Below are positions 13,282-25,500 of a DNA stretch of 64,000 bases, piece after piece. Made by a program: the position numbers and the translations under genes. Source of the DNA: Eledone cirrhosa (taxonomy: Eukaryota). Numbering within the stretch: the stretch's first letter is position 1; each line of letters opens with the position of its first letter. Where the stretch lies: contig OZ024747.1 in assembly GCA_964016885.1 (NCBI GenBank), positions 35,154,001 through 35,218,000 on the forward strand, given 5' to 3'. Below the pieces are notes generated by a model. The model did not search any database. It had not been told where the DNA came from and worked only from the letters and a program-made list of their open reading frames with translations.

Positions 13282-16200
13282 ATGTCTTTACTCCAGTATC
13301 ACTGTTACTGCAACACAAATAAACTAATGTCTTTACTGCAGTATCACTGTTACTGCAACACAAATAAACTAAGGTCTTTACTCCAGTATCACTATTACTG
13401 CAACACAAATAAACTAATGTCTTTACTGCAGTATCACTGTTACTGCAACACAAATAAACTAATGTCTTTACTCCAATATCACTGTTACTACAACACAAAT
13501 AAACTAAGGTCTTTACTCCAGTATCACTGTTACTGCAACACAAATAAACTAATGTCTTTACTCCAGTATCACTATTATTGCAACACAAATAAACTAATGT
13601 CTTTGCTCCAGTATCAATATTACTGCAACACAAATAAACTAATGTCTTTACTCCAGTATCACTGTTACTGCAACACAAATAAACTAATGGCTTTGCTCTA
13701 GTATCACTGTTACTGCAACACAAATAAACTAATCTCTTTACTCCAGTATCACTGTTACTGCAACACAAATAAACTAATGTCTTTACTCCAGTATCACTAT
13801 TATTGCAACACAAATAAACTAATGTCTTTGCTCCAGTATCACTATTACTGCAACACAAATAAACTAATGTCTTTACTCCAGTATCACTGTTACTGCAACA
13901 CAAATAAACTAATGGCTTTGCTCTAGTATCACTGTTACTGCAACACAAATAAACTAATGTCTTTACTCCAGTATCACTGTTACTGCAACACAAATAAACT
14001 AATGTCTTTACTCCAGTATCACTATTACTGCAACACAAATAAACTAATGTCTTTGCTCCAGTATCACTATTACTGCAACACAAATAAACTAATGTCTTTA
14101 CTCCAGTATCACTGTTACTGCAACACAAATAAACTAATGTCTTTACTCCAGTATCACTATTACTGCAACACAAATAAACTAATGTCTTTACTCCAGTATC
14201 ACTGTTACTGCAACACAAATAAACTAATGTCTTTACTCCAGTATCACTATTACTGCAACACAAATAAACTAATGTCTTTACTCCAGTATCACTGTTACTG
14301 CAACACAAATAAACTAAGGTCTTTACTCCAGTATCACTGTTACTGCAACACAAATAAACTAATGTCTTTACTCCAGTATCACTGTTACTGCAACACAAAT
14401 AAACTAAGGTCTTTACTCCAGTATCACTGTTACTGCAACACAAATAAACTAAGGTCTTTGCTCCAGTATCACTGTTACTGCAACACAAATAAACTAAGGT
14501 CTTTACTGCAGTATCACTGTTACTGCAACACAAATATACTAATGTCTTTGCTCCAGTATCACTATTAGTGCAACACAAATAAACTAATGTCTTTACTCCA
14601 GTATCACTGTTACTGCAACACAAATAAACTAATGTCTTTGCTCCAGTATCACTATTAGTGCAACACAAATAAACTAATGGCTTTACTCCAGTATCACTGT
14701 TACTGCAACACAAATAAACTAATGTATTTGCTCCAGTATCACTGTTACTGCAACACAAATAAACTAATGTCTTTACTCCAGTATCACTGTTACTGCAACA
14801 CAAATAAACTAATGTCTTTACTGCAGTATCACTGTTACTGCAACACAAATAAACTAAGGTCTTTACTCCAGTATCACTATTACTGCAACACAAATAAACT
14901 AATGTCTTTACTGCAGTATCACTGTTACTGCAACACAAATAAACTAATGTCTTTACTCCAGTATCACTGTTACTGCAAACAAATAAACTAAGGTCTTTAC
15001 TCCAGTATCACTGTTACTGCAACACAAATAAACTAATGTCTTTACTCCAGTATCACTGTTACTGCAACACAAATAAACTAATGTCTTTACTCCAGTATCA
15101 CTGTTACTGCAACACAAATAAACTAATGTCTTTACTCCAGTATCACTGTTACTGCAACACAAATAAACTAATGTCTTTACTCCAGTATCACTATTACTGC
15201 AACAGAAATAAACTAATGTCTTTACTCCAGTATCACTATTATTACTGCAACACAAATAAACTAATGTCTTTACTCCAGTATCACTATTACTGCAACACAA
15301 ATAAACTAATGTCTGTACTCCAGTATCACTGTTAGTGCAACACAAATAAACTAATGTCTTTATTCCAGTATCACTATTACTGCAACACAAATAAACTAAT
15401 GTCTTTACTACAGTATGACTATTACTGCAACACAAATAAACTAATGTCTTTACTCCAGTATCACTATTACTGCAACACAAATAAACTAATGTCTTTACTC
15501 CAGTATCACTGTTATTGCAACGCAAATAAACTAATGTCTTTTCTCCAGTATCACTGTTACTGCAACACAAATAAACTAATGTCTTTACTCCAGTATCACT
15601 ATTACTGCAACACAAATAAACTAATGTCTGTACTCCAGTATCACTGTTAGTGCAACACAAATAAACTAATGTCTTTATTCCAGTATCACTATTACTGCAA
15701 CACAAATAAACTAATGTCTTTACTACAGTATGACTATTACTGCAACACAAATAAACTAATGTCTTTACTCCAGTATCACTATTACTGCAACACAAATAAA
15801 CTAATGTCTTTACTCCAGTATCACTGTTACTGCAACGCAAATAAACTAATGTCTTTTCTCCAGTATCACTGTTACTGCAACACAAATAAACTAATGTCTT
15901 TACTCCAGTATCACTGTTACTGCAACACAAATAAACTAATGTCTTTACTGCAGTATCACTGTTACTGCAACACAAATAAACTAAGGTCTTTACTCCAGTA
16001 TCACTATTACTGCAACACAAATAAACTAATGTCTTTACTGCAGTATCACTGTTACTGCAACACAAATAAACTAATGTCTTTACTCCAATATCACTGTTAC
16101 TACAACACAAATAAACTAAGGTCTTTACTCCAGTATCACTGTTACTGCAACACAAATAAACTAATGTCTTTACTCCAGTATCACTATTATTGCAACACAA

Positions 16201-18505
16201 ATAAACTAATGTCTTTGCTCCAGTATCAATATTACTGCAACACAAATAAACTAATGTCTTTACTCCAGTATCACTGTTACTGCAGCACAAATAAACTAAT
16301 GGCTTTGCTCTAGTATCACTGTTACTGCAACACAAATAAACTAATCTCTTTACTCCAGTATCACTGTTACTGCAACACAAATAAACTAATGTCTTTACTC
16401 CAGTATCACTATTATTGCAACACAAATAAACTAATGTCTTTGCTCCAGTATCACTATTACTGCAACACAAATAAACTAATGTCTTTACTCCAGTATCACT
16501 GTTACTGCAACACAAATAAACTAATGGCTTTGCTCTAGTATCACTGTTACTGCAACACAAATAAACTAATGTCTTTACTCCAGTATCACTGTTACTGCAA
16601 CACAAATAAACTAATGTCTTTACTCCAGTATCACTATTACTGCAACACAAATAAACTAATGTCTTTGCTCCAGTATCACTATTACTGCAACACAAATAAA
16701 CTAATGTCTTTACTCCAGTATCACTGTTACTGCAACACAAATAAACTAATGTCTTTACTCCAGTATCACTATTACTGCAACACAAATAAACTAATGTCTT
16801 TACTCCAGTATCACTGTTACTGCAACACAAATAAACTAATGTCTTTACTCCAGTATCACTATTACTGCAACACAAATAAACTAATGTCTTTACTCCAGTA
16901 TCACTGTTACTGCAACACAAATAAACTAAGGTCTTTACTCCAGTATCACTGTTACTGCAACACAAATAAACTAATGTCTTTACTCCAGTATCACTGTTAC
17001 TGCAACACAAATAAACTAAGGTCTTTACTCCAGTATCACTGTTACTGCAACACAAATAAACTAAGGTCTTTGCTCCAGTATCACTGTTACTGCAACACAA
17101 ATAAACTAAGGTCTTTACTGCAGTATCACTGTTACTGCAACACAAATATACTAATGTCTTTGCTCCAGTATCACTATTAGTGCAACACAAATAAACTAAT
17201 GTCTTTACTCCAGTATCACTGTTACTGCAACACAAATAAACTAATGTCTTTGCTCCAGTATCACTATTAGTGCAACACAAATAAACTAATGGCTTTACTC
17301 CAGTATCACTGTTACTGCAACACAAATAAACTAATGTCTTTGCTCCAGTATCACTGTTACTGCAACACAAATAAACTAATGTCTTTACTCCAGTATCACT
17401 GTTACTGCAACACAAATAAACTAATGTCTTTACTGCAGTATCACTGTTACTGCAACACAAATAAACTAAGGTCTTTACTCCAGTATCACTATTACTGCAA
17501 CACAAATAAACTAATGTCTTTACTGCAGTATCACTGTTACTGCAACACAAATAAACTAATGTCTTTACTCCAGTATCACTGTTACTGCAAACAAATAAAC
17601 TAAGGTCTTTACTCCAGTATCACTGTTACTGCAACACAAATAAACTAATGTCTTTACTCCAGTATCACTGTTACTGCAACACAAATAAACTAATGTCTTT
17701 ACTCCAGTATCACTGTTACTGCAACACAAATAAACTAATGTCTTTACTCCAGTATCACTGTTACTGCAACACAAATAAACTAATGTCTTTACTCCAGTAT
17801 CACTATTACTGCAACAGAAATAAACTAATGTCTTTACTCCAGTATCACTATTATTACTGCAACACAAATAAACTAATGTCTTTACTCCAGTATCACTATT
17901 ACTGCAACACAAATAAACTAATGTCTGTACTCCAGTATCACTGTTAGTGCAACACAAATAAACTAATGTCTTTATTCCAGTATCACTATTACTGCAACAC
18001 AAATAAACTAATGTCTTTACTACAGTATGACTATTACTGCAACACAAATAAACTAATGTCTTTACTCCAGTATCACTATTACTGCAACACAAATAAACTA
18101 ATGTCTTTACTCCAGTATCACTGTTATTGCAACGCAAATAAACTAATGTCTTTTCTCCAGTATCACTGTTACTGCAACACAAATAAACTAATGTCTTTAC
18201 TCCAGTATCACTATTACTGCAACACAAATAAACTAATGTCTGTACTCCAGTATCACTGTTAGTGCAACACAAATAAACTAATGTCTTTATTCCAGTATCA
18301 CTATTACTGCAACACAAATAAACTAATGTCTTTACTACAGTATGACTATTACTGCAACACAAATAAACTAATGTCTTTACTCCAGTATCACTATTACTGC
18401 AACACAAATAAACTAATGTCTTTACTCCAGTATCACTGTTACTGCAACGCAAATAAACTAATGTCTTTTCTCCAGTATCACTGTTACTGCAACACAAATA
18501 AACTA
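13282..18505. repeat. Tandem block duplication, 2 x 2612 bp (58 monomers, +3/-1 bp)
   Basis: Shared 1-bp deletion (~14978/~17590), aacagaaat variant (15205/17817), TAT insertion, and ORF offsets 13957/16569, 15036/17648, 15354/17966. Confidence 0.9.
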
Positions 18506-21500
18506 ATGTCTTTACTCCAGTATCACTATTACTGCAACACAAATAAACTAATGTCTCTACTCCAGTATCACTATTATTACTGCAACACAAATAAACTAAT
18601 GTCTTTACTCCAGTATCACTATTACTGCAACACAAATAAACTAATGGCTTTGCTCTAGTATCACTGTTACTGCAACACAAATAAACTAATGTCTTTACTC
18701 CAGTATCACTGTTACTGCAACACAAATACACTAATGTCATTGCTCCAGTATCACTGTTACTGCAACACAAATATACTAATGTCTTTACTCCAGTATCACT
18801 GTTACTGCTACACAAATAAACTAATGTCTTTACTCCAGTATCACAGTTTCTGCAGCACAAATAAACTAATGTCTTTACTCCAGTATCACTATTACTGCAA
18901 CACAAATAAACTAATGTCTGTACTCCAGTATCACTGTTAGTGCAACACAAATAAACTAATGTCTTTATTCCAGTATCACTATTACTGCAACACAAATAAA
19001 CTAATGTCTTTACTACAGTATGACTATTACTGCAACACAAATAAACTAATGTCTTTACTCCAGTATCACTATTACTGCAACACAAATAAACTAATGTCTT
19101 TGCTCCAGTATCACTATTACTGCAACACAAATAAACTAATGTCTTTACTCCAGTATCACTGTTACTGCAACACAAATAAACTAATGTCTTTACTCCAGTA
19201 TCACTATTACTGCAACACAAATAAACTAATGGCTTTGCTCTAGTATCACTGTTACTGCAACACAAATAAACTAAAGTCTTTACTCCAGTATCACTGTTAC
19301 TGCAACACAAATAAACTAATGTCTTTACTCCAGTATCACTGTTACTGCAACACAAATAAACTAATGGCTTTGCTCTAGTATCACTGTTACTGAAACACAA
19401 ATAAACTAATGTCTTTACTCCAGTATCACTGTTACTGCAACACAAATAAACTAATGTCTTTACTCCAGTATCACTATTACTGCAACACAAATAAACTAAT
19501 GTCTTTGCTCCAGTATCACTATTACTGCAACACAAATAAACTAATATCTTTACTCCAGTATCACTGTTACTGCAACACAAATAAACTAATGTCTTTACTC
19601 CAGTATCACTGTTACTGCAACACAAATAAACTAATGTCTTTACTCCAGTATCACTGTTACTGCAACACAAATAAAGAAAGGTCTTTGCTCCAGTATCACT
19701 GTTACTGCAACACAAATAAACTAATGTCTTTACTCCAGTATCACTGTTACTGCAACACAAATAAACTAATGTCTTTACTCCAGTATCACTGTTACTGCAA
19801 CACAAATAAACTAATGTCTTTACTCCAGTATCTCTGTTACTGCAACACAAATAAACTAATGTCTTTACTCCAGTATCACTATTACTGCAACACAAATAAA
19901 CTAATGTCTTTACTCCAGTATCACTATTACTGCAACACAAATAAACTAATGTCTTTACTCCAGTATCACTGTTATTGCAACGCAAATAAACTAATGTCTA
20001 TTCTCCAGTATCACTGTTACTGCAACACAAATAAACTAATGTCTTTACTCCAGTATCACTATTACTGCAACACAAATAAACTAATGTCTGTACTCCAGTA
20101 TCACTGTTAGTGCAACACAAATAAACTAATGTCTTTACTACAGTATGACTATTACTGCAACACAAATAAACTAATGTCATTGCTCCAGTATCACTGTTAC
20201 TGCAACGCAAATAAACTAATGTCTTTTCTCCAGTATCACTGTTACTGCAACACAAATAAACTAATGTCTTTACTCCAGTATCACTGTTACTGCAACACAA
20301 ATAAACTAATGTCATTGCTCCAGTATCACTGTTACTGCAACACAAATATACTAATGTCTTTACTCCAGTATCACTGTTACTGCTACACAAATAAACTAAT
20401 GTCTTTACTCCAGTATCACAGTTACTGCAGTACAAATAAACTAATGTCTTTACTCCAGTATCACTATTACTGCAACACAAATAAACTAATGTCTGTACTC
20501 CAGTATCACTGTTAGTGCAACGCAAATAAACTAATGTCTTTATTCCAGTAACACTATTACTGAAACACAAATAAACTAATGTCTTTACTACAGTATGACT
20601 ATTACTGCAACACAAATAAACTAATGTCTTTACTCCAGTATCACTATTACTGCAACACAAATAAACTAATGTCTTTGCTCCAGTATCACTATTACTGCAA
20701 CACAAATAAACTAATGTCTTTACTCCAGTATCACTGTTACTGCAACACAAATAAACTAATGTCTTTACTCCAGTATCACTATTACTGCAACACAAATAAA
20801 CTAATGTCTTTACTACAGTATGACTATTACTGCAACACAAATAAACTAATGTCTTTACTCCAGTATCACTATTACTGCAACACAAATAAACTAATGGCTT
20901 TGCTCTAGTATCACTGTTACTGCAACACAAATAAACTAATGTCTTTACTCCAGTATCACTGTTACTGCAACACAAATAAACTAATGTCTTTACTCCAGTA
21001 TCACTATTATTGCAACACAAATAAACTAATGTCTTTGCTCCAGTATCACTATTACTGCAACACAAATAAACTAATGTCTTTACTCCAGTATCACTGTTAC
21101 TGCATCACAAATAAACTAATGGCTTTGCTCTAGTATCACTGTTACTGAAACACAAATAAACAAATGTCTTTACTCCAGTATCACTGTTACTGCAACACAA
21201 ATAAACTAATGTCTTTACTCCAGTATCACTATTACTGCAAGACAAATAAACTAATGTCTTTGCCCCAGTATCACTATTACTGCAACACAAATAAACTAAT
21301 GTCTTTACTCCAGTATCACTGTTACTGCAACACAAATAAACTAATGTCTTTACTCCAGTATCACTGTTACTGCAACACAAATAAACTAATGTCTTTACTC
21401 CAGTATCACTGTTACTGCAACACAAATAAAGAAAGGTCTTTGCTCCAGTATCACTGTTACTGCAACACAAATAAACTAAGGTCTTTGCTCCAGTATCACT

Positions 21501-22325
21501 GTTACTGCAACACAAATAAACTAATGTCTTTGCTCCAGTATCACTATTACTGCAACACAAATAAACTAATGTCTTTACTCCAGTATCACTGTTATTGCAA
21601 CACAAATAAACTAATGTCTTTACTCCAGTATCACTGTGACTGCAACACAAATAATCTAATGTCGTTACTCCAGTATCACTGTTACTGCAACACAAATAAA
21701 CTAATGTCTTTGCTCCAGTATCACTATTACTGCAACACAAATAAACTAATGTCTTTGCTCCAGTATCAATCTTACTGCAACACAAATAAACTAATGTCTT
21801 TACTCCAGTATCACTATTACTGCAACACAAATAAACTAATGGCTTTGCTCTAGTATCACTGTTACTGCAACACAAATAAACTAACGTCTTTGCTCCAGTA
21901 TCATTATTACTGCAACACAAATAAACTAATGTCTTTACTCCAGTATCACTATTACTGCAACACAAATAAACTAATGGCTTTGCTCTAGTATCACTGTTAC
22001 TGCAACACAAATAAACTAATGTCTTTACTCCAGTATCACTGTTACTGCAACACAAATAAACTAATGTCTTTACTCCAGTATCACTATTATTGCAACACAA
22101 ATAAATTAATGTCTTTGCTCCAGTATCACTATTACTGCAACACAAATAAACTAATGTCTTTACTCCAGTATCACTGTTACTGCAACACAAATAAACTAAT
22201 GGCTTTGCTCTAGTATCACTGTTACTGAAACACAAATAAACTAATGTCTTTACTCCAGTATCACTGTTACTGCAACACAAATAAACTAATGTCTTTACTC
22301 CAGTATCACTATTACTGCAACACAA

Positions 22326-22335
22326 ATAAAATAAT
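22326..22335 (+). repeat. Target-site duplication, left copy (ATAAAATAAT)
   Basis: Identical to 22522-22531. Removing the insert plus one copy (196 bp) restores an intact 45-bp monomer register. Confidence 0.9.
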
Positions 22336-22379
22336 TGTTTCTACTTTAGGCACAAGGCCAGCAATTACCCAGTGCATTA

Positions 22380-22418
22380 CTGGTACTTTATTTTATCGAC
22401 CCCGTAAGGATGAAAGGC
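22380..22418 (-). other. Meta-domain-like conserved SINE core
   Basis: Minus strand GCCTTTCATCCTTACGGGGTCGATAAAATAAAGTACCAG resembles the central domain shared by MetaSINE-superfamily elements, e.g. the Sauria-SINE-like GCCTTCCATCCTTCCGAGGTCGGTAAAATGAGTACC. Recognised from memory. Confidence 0.7.
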
Positions 22419-22434
22419 AAAGTCAACCTCGGCG

Positions 22435-22444
22435 GGATTTGAAC
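22435..22444 (-). promoter_or_regulatory. Pol III internal promoter B box of the SINE
   Basis: Minus strand GTTCAAATCC matches GTTCRANNC and lies about 53 nt downstream of the A box. Confidence 0.85.
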
Positions 22445-22497
22445 TCAGATCGTAAAGGGACGTAACTATGCTGGAAAGCATGGTGTCTGACCCTCTA

Positions 22498-22509
22498 CCG
22501 ATACTGCCA
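22498..22509 (-). promoter_or_regulatory. Pol III internal promoter A box of the SINE
   Basis: Minus strand TGGCAGTATCGG starts 12 nt into the element and approximately fits the tRNA A-box pattern TRGCNNARY(N)GG. Confidence 0.75.
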
Positions 22510-22521
22510 ATCCACCGCCCT

Positions 22522-22531
22522 ATAAAATAAT
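22522..22531 (+). repeat. Target-site duplication, right copy (ATAAAATAAT)
   Basis: Identical to 22326-22335. Confidence 0.9.
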
Positions 22532-25500
22532 GTCTTTGCTCCAGTATCACTATTACTGCAACACAAATAAACTAATGTCTTTACTCCAGTATCACTGTTA
22601 CTTCAACACAAATAAACTAATGTCTTTACTCCAGTATCACTGTTACTGCAACACAAATAAACTAATGTCTTTACTCCAGTATCACTGTTACTGCAACACA
22701 AATAAAGAAAGGTCTTTGCTCCAGTATCACTGTTACTGCAACACAAATAAACTAAGGTCTTTGCTCCAGTATCACTGTTACTGCAACACAAATAAACTAA
22801 TGACTTTGCTCCAGTATCACTATTACTGCAACACAAATAAACTAATGTCTTTACTCCAGTATCACTGTTATTGCAACACAAATAAACTAATGTCTTTACT
22901 CCAGTATCACTGTGACTGCAACACAAATAATCTAATGTCGTTACTCCAGTATCACTGTTACCACAACACAAATAAACTAATGTCTTTGCTCCAGTATCAC
23001 TATTACTGCAACACAAATAAACTAATGTCTTTGCTCCAGTATCAATCTTACTGCAACACAAATAAACTAATGTCTTTACTCCAGTATCACTATTACTGCA
23101 ACACAAATAAACTAATGGCTTTGCTCTAGTATCACTGTTACTGCAACACAAATAAACTAACGTCTTTGCTCCAGTATCATTATTACTGCAACACAAATAA
23201 ACTAATGTCTTTACTCCAGTATCACTATTACTGCAACACAAATAAACTAATGGCTTTGATCTAGTATCACTGTTACTGCAACACAAATAAACTAATGTCT
23301 TTGCTCCAGTATCATTATTACTGCAACACAAATAAACTAATGTCTTTACTCCAGTATCACTGTTACTGCAACACAAATAAACTAATGTATTTACTCCAGT
23401 ATCACTGTTACTGCAACACAAATAATCTAATGTCGTTACTCCAGTATCACTGTTACTGCAACACAAATAAACTAATGTCTTTGCTCCAGTATCACTATTA
23501 CTGCAACACAAATAAACTAATGTCTTTGCTCCAGTATCAATCTTACTGCAACACAAATAAACTAATGTATTTACTCCAGTATCACTGTTACTGCAACACA
23601 AATAAAGAAAGGTCTTTGCTCCAGTATCACTGTTACTGCAACACAAATAAACTAAGGTCTTTGCTCCAGTATCACTGTTACTGCAACACAAATAAACTAA
23701 TGTCTTTGCTCCAGTATCACTATTACTGCAACACAAATAAACTAATGTCTTTACTCCAGTATCACTGTTATTGCAACACAAATAAACTAATGTCTTTACT
23801 CCAGTATCACTATTACTGCAACACAAATAAACTAATGGCTTTACTCCAGTATCACTATTACTGCAACACAAATAAACTAATGGCTTTGCTCTAGTATCAC
23901 TGTTACTGCAACACAAATAAACTAATGTCTTTGCTCCAGTATCATTATTACTGCAACACAAATAAACTAATGTCTTTACTCCAGTATCACTATTACTGCA
24001 ACACAAATAAACTAATGGCTTTGCTCTAGTATCACTGTTACTGCAACACAAATAAACTAATGTCTTTGCTCCAGTATCATTATTACTGCAAAACAAATAA
24101 ACTAATGTCTTTACTCCAGTATCACTGTTACTGCAACACAAATAAACTAATGTATTTACTCCAGTATCACTGTTACTGCAACACAAATAATCTAATGTCT
24201 TTACTCCAGTATCACTGTTACTGCAACACAAATAAACTAATGTCTTTGCTCCAGTATCACTATTACTGCAACACAAATAAACTAATGTCTTTGCTGCAGT
24301 ATCAATCTTACTGCAACACAAATAAACTAATGTCTTTACTCCAGTATCACTGTTACTGCAACACAAATAAACTAATGTCTTTACTCCAGTATCACTATTA
24401 CTGCAACACAAATAAACTAATGTCTTTGCTCCAGTATCAATCTTACTGCAACACAAATAAACTAATGTATTTACTCCAGTATCACTGTTATTGCAACACA
24501 AATAAACTAATGTCTTTACTCCAGTATCACTGTGACTGCAACACAAATAATCTAATGTCGTTACTCCAGTATCACTGTTACTGCAACACAAATAAACTAA
24601 TGTCTTTACTCCAGTATCACTATTACTGCAACACAAATAAACTAATGTCTTTACTCCAGTATCACTGTGACTGCAACACAAATAATCTAATGTCGTTACT
24701 CCAGTATCACTGTTACTGCAACACAAATAAACTAATGTCTTTACTCCAGTATCACTATTACTGCAACACAAATAAACTAATGTCTTTGCTCCAGTATCAC
24801 TGTTACTGCAACACAAATAAACTAATGTCTGTACTCCAGTATCACTGTTAGTGCAACACAAATAAACTAATGTCTTTATTCCAGTATCACTGTTACTGCA
24901 ACACAAATAATCTAATGTCGTTACTCCAGTATCACTGTTACTGCAACACAAATAAACTAATGTCTTTGCTCCAGGATCACTATTACTGCAACACAAAAAA
25001 TTAATGTCTTTGCTCCAGTATCAATCTTACTGCAACACAAATAAACTAATGTCTTTACTCCAGTATCACTATTACTGCAACACAAATAAACTAATGGCTT
25101 TGCTCTAGTATCACTGTTACTGCAACACAAATAAACTAATGTCTTTGCTCCAGTATCATTATTACTGCAACACAAATAAACTAATGTCTTTACTCCAGTA
25201 TCACTATTACTGCAACACAAATAAACTAATGGCTTTGCTCTAGTATCACTGTTACTGCAACACAAATAAACTAATGTCTTTGCTCCAGTATCATTATTAC
25301 TGCAACACAAATAAACTAATGTCTTTACTCCAGTATCACAGTTACTGCAACACAAATAAACTAATGTATTTACTCCAGTATCACTGTTACTGCAACACAA
25401 ATAATCTAATGTCTTTACTCCAGTATCACTGTTACTGCAACACAAATAAACTAATGTCTTTGCTCCAGTATCACTATTACTGCAACACAAATAAACTAAT

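Larger units (their letters stand above)
1..22335. repeat. 45-bp satellite tandem array, left arm (continues beyond window start)
   Basis: Uninterrupted head-to-tail copies of ATGTCTTT(A/G)CTCCAGTATCACT(G/A)TTACTGCAACACAAATAAACTA. Monomers usually differ from consensus at only 0-3 positions, indels are rare, and the ORF track shows 15-aa periodicity. Confidence 0.98.
22336..22521 (-). mobile_element. tRNA-derived SINE with Meta-domain-like core (MetaSINE-type; resembles octopus/cephalopod SINEs)
   Basis: Minus strand reads AGGGCGGTGGATTGGCAGTATCGGTAGAGGG...GAGTTCAAATCCCGCCGAGGTTGACTTTGCCTTTCATCCTTACGGGGTCGATAAAATAAAGTACCAG...GGCCTTGTGCCTAAAGTAGAAACA. It has a GGCGG-type 5' start, A box, B box and a conserved central motif, and is flanked by a 10-bp direct repeat. 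Family assignment is from recall, not from a search. Confidence 0.88.

Noticed and set aside
22244-22465. 73-aa ORF with a non-repetitive C-terminus (IIVSTLGTRPAITQCITGTLFYRPRKDERQSQPRRDLNSDRKGT)
   Set aside because: It is read-through from the satellite into the antisense strand of the SINE, not a gene.
22430-22521. Possible tRNA gene (A and B boxes)
   Set aside because: No convincing acceptor stem or cloverleaf is visible, and the segment is followed by a SINE core and flanked by a TSD, so it is a SINE head.
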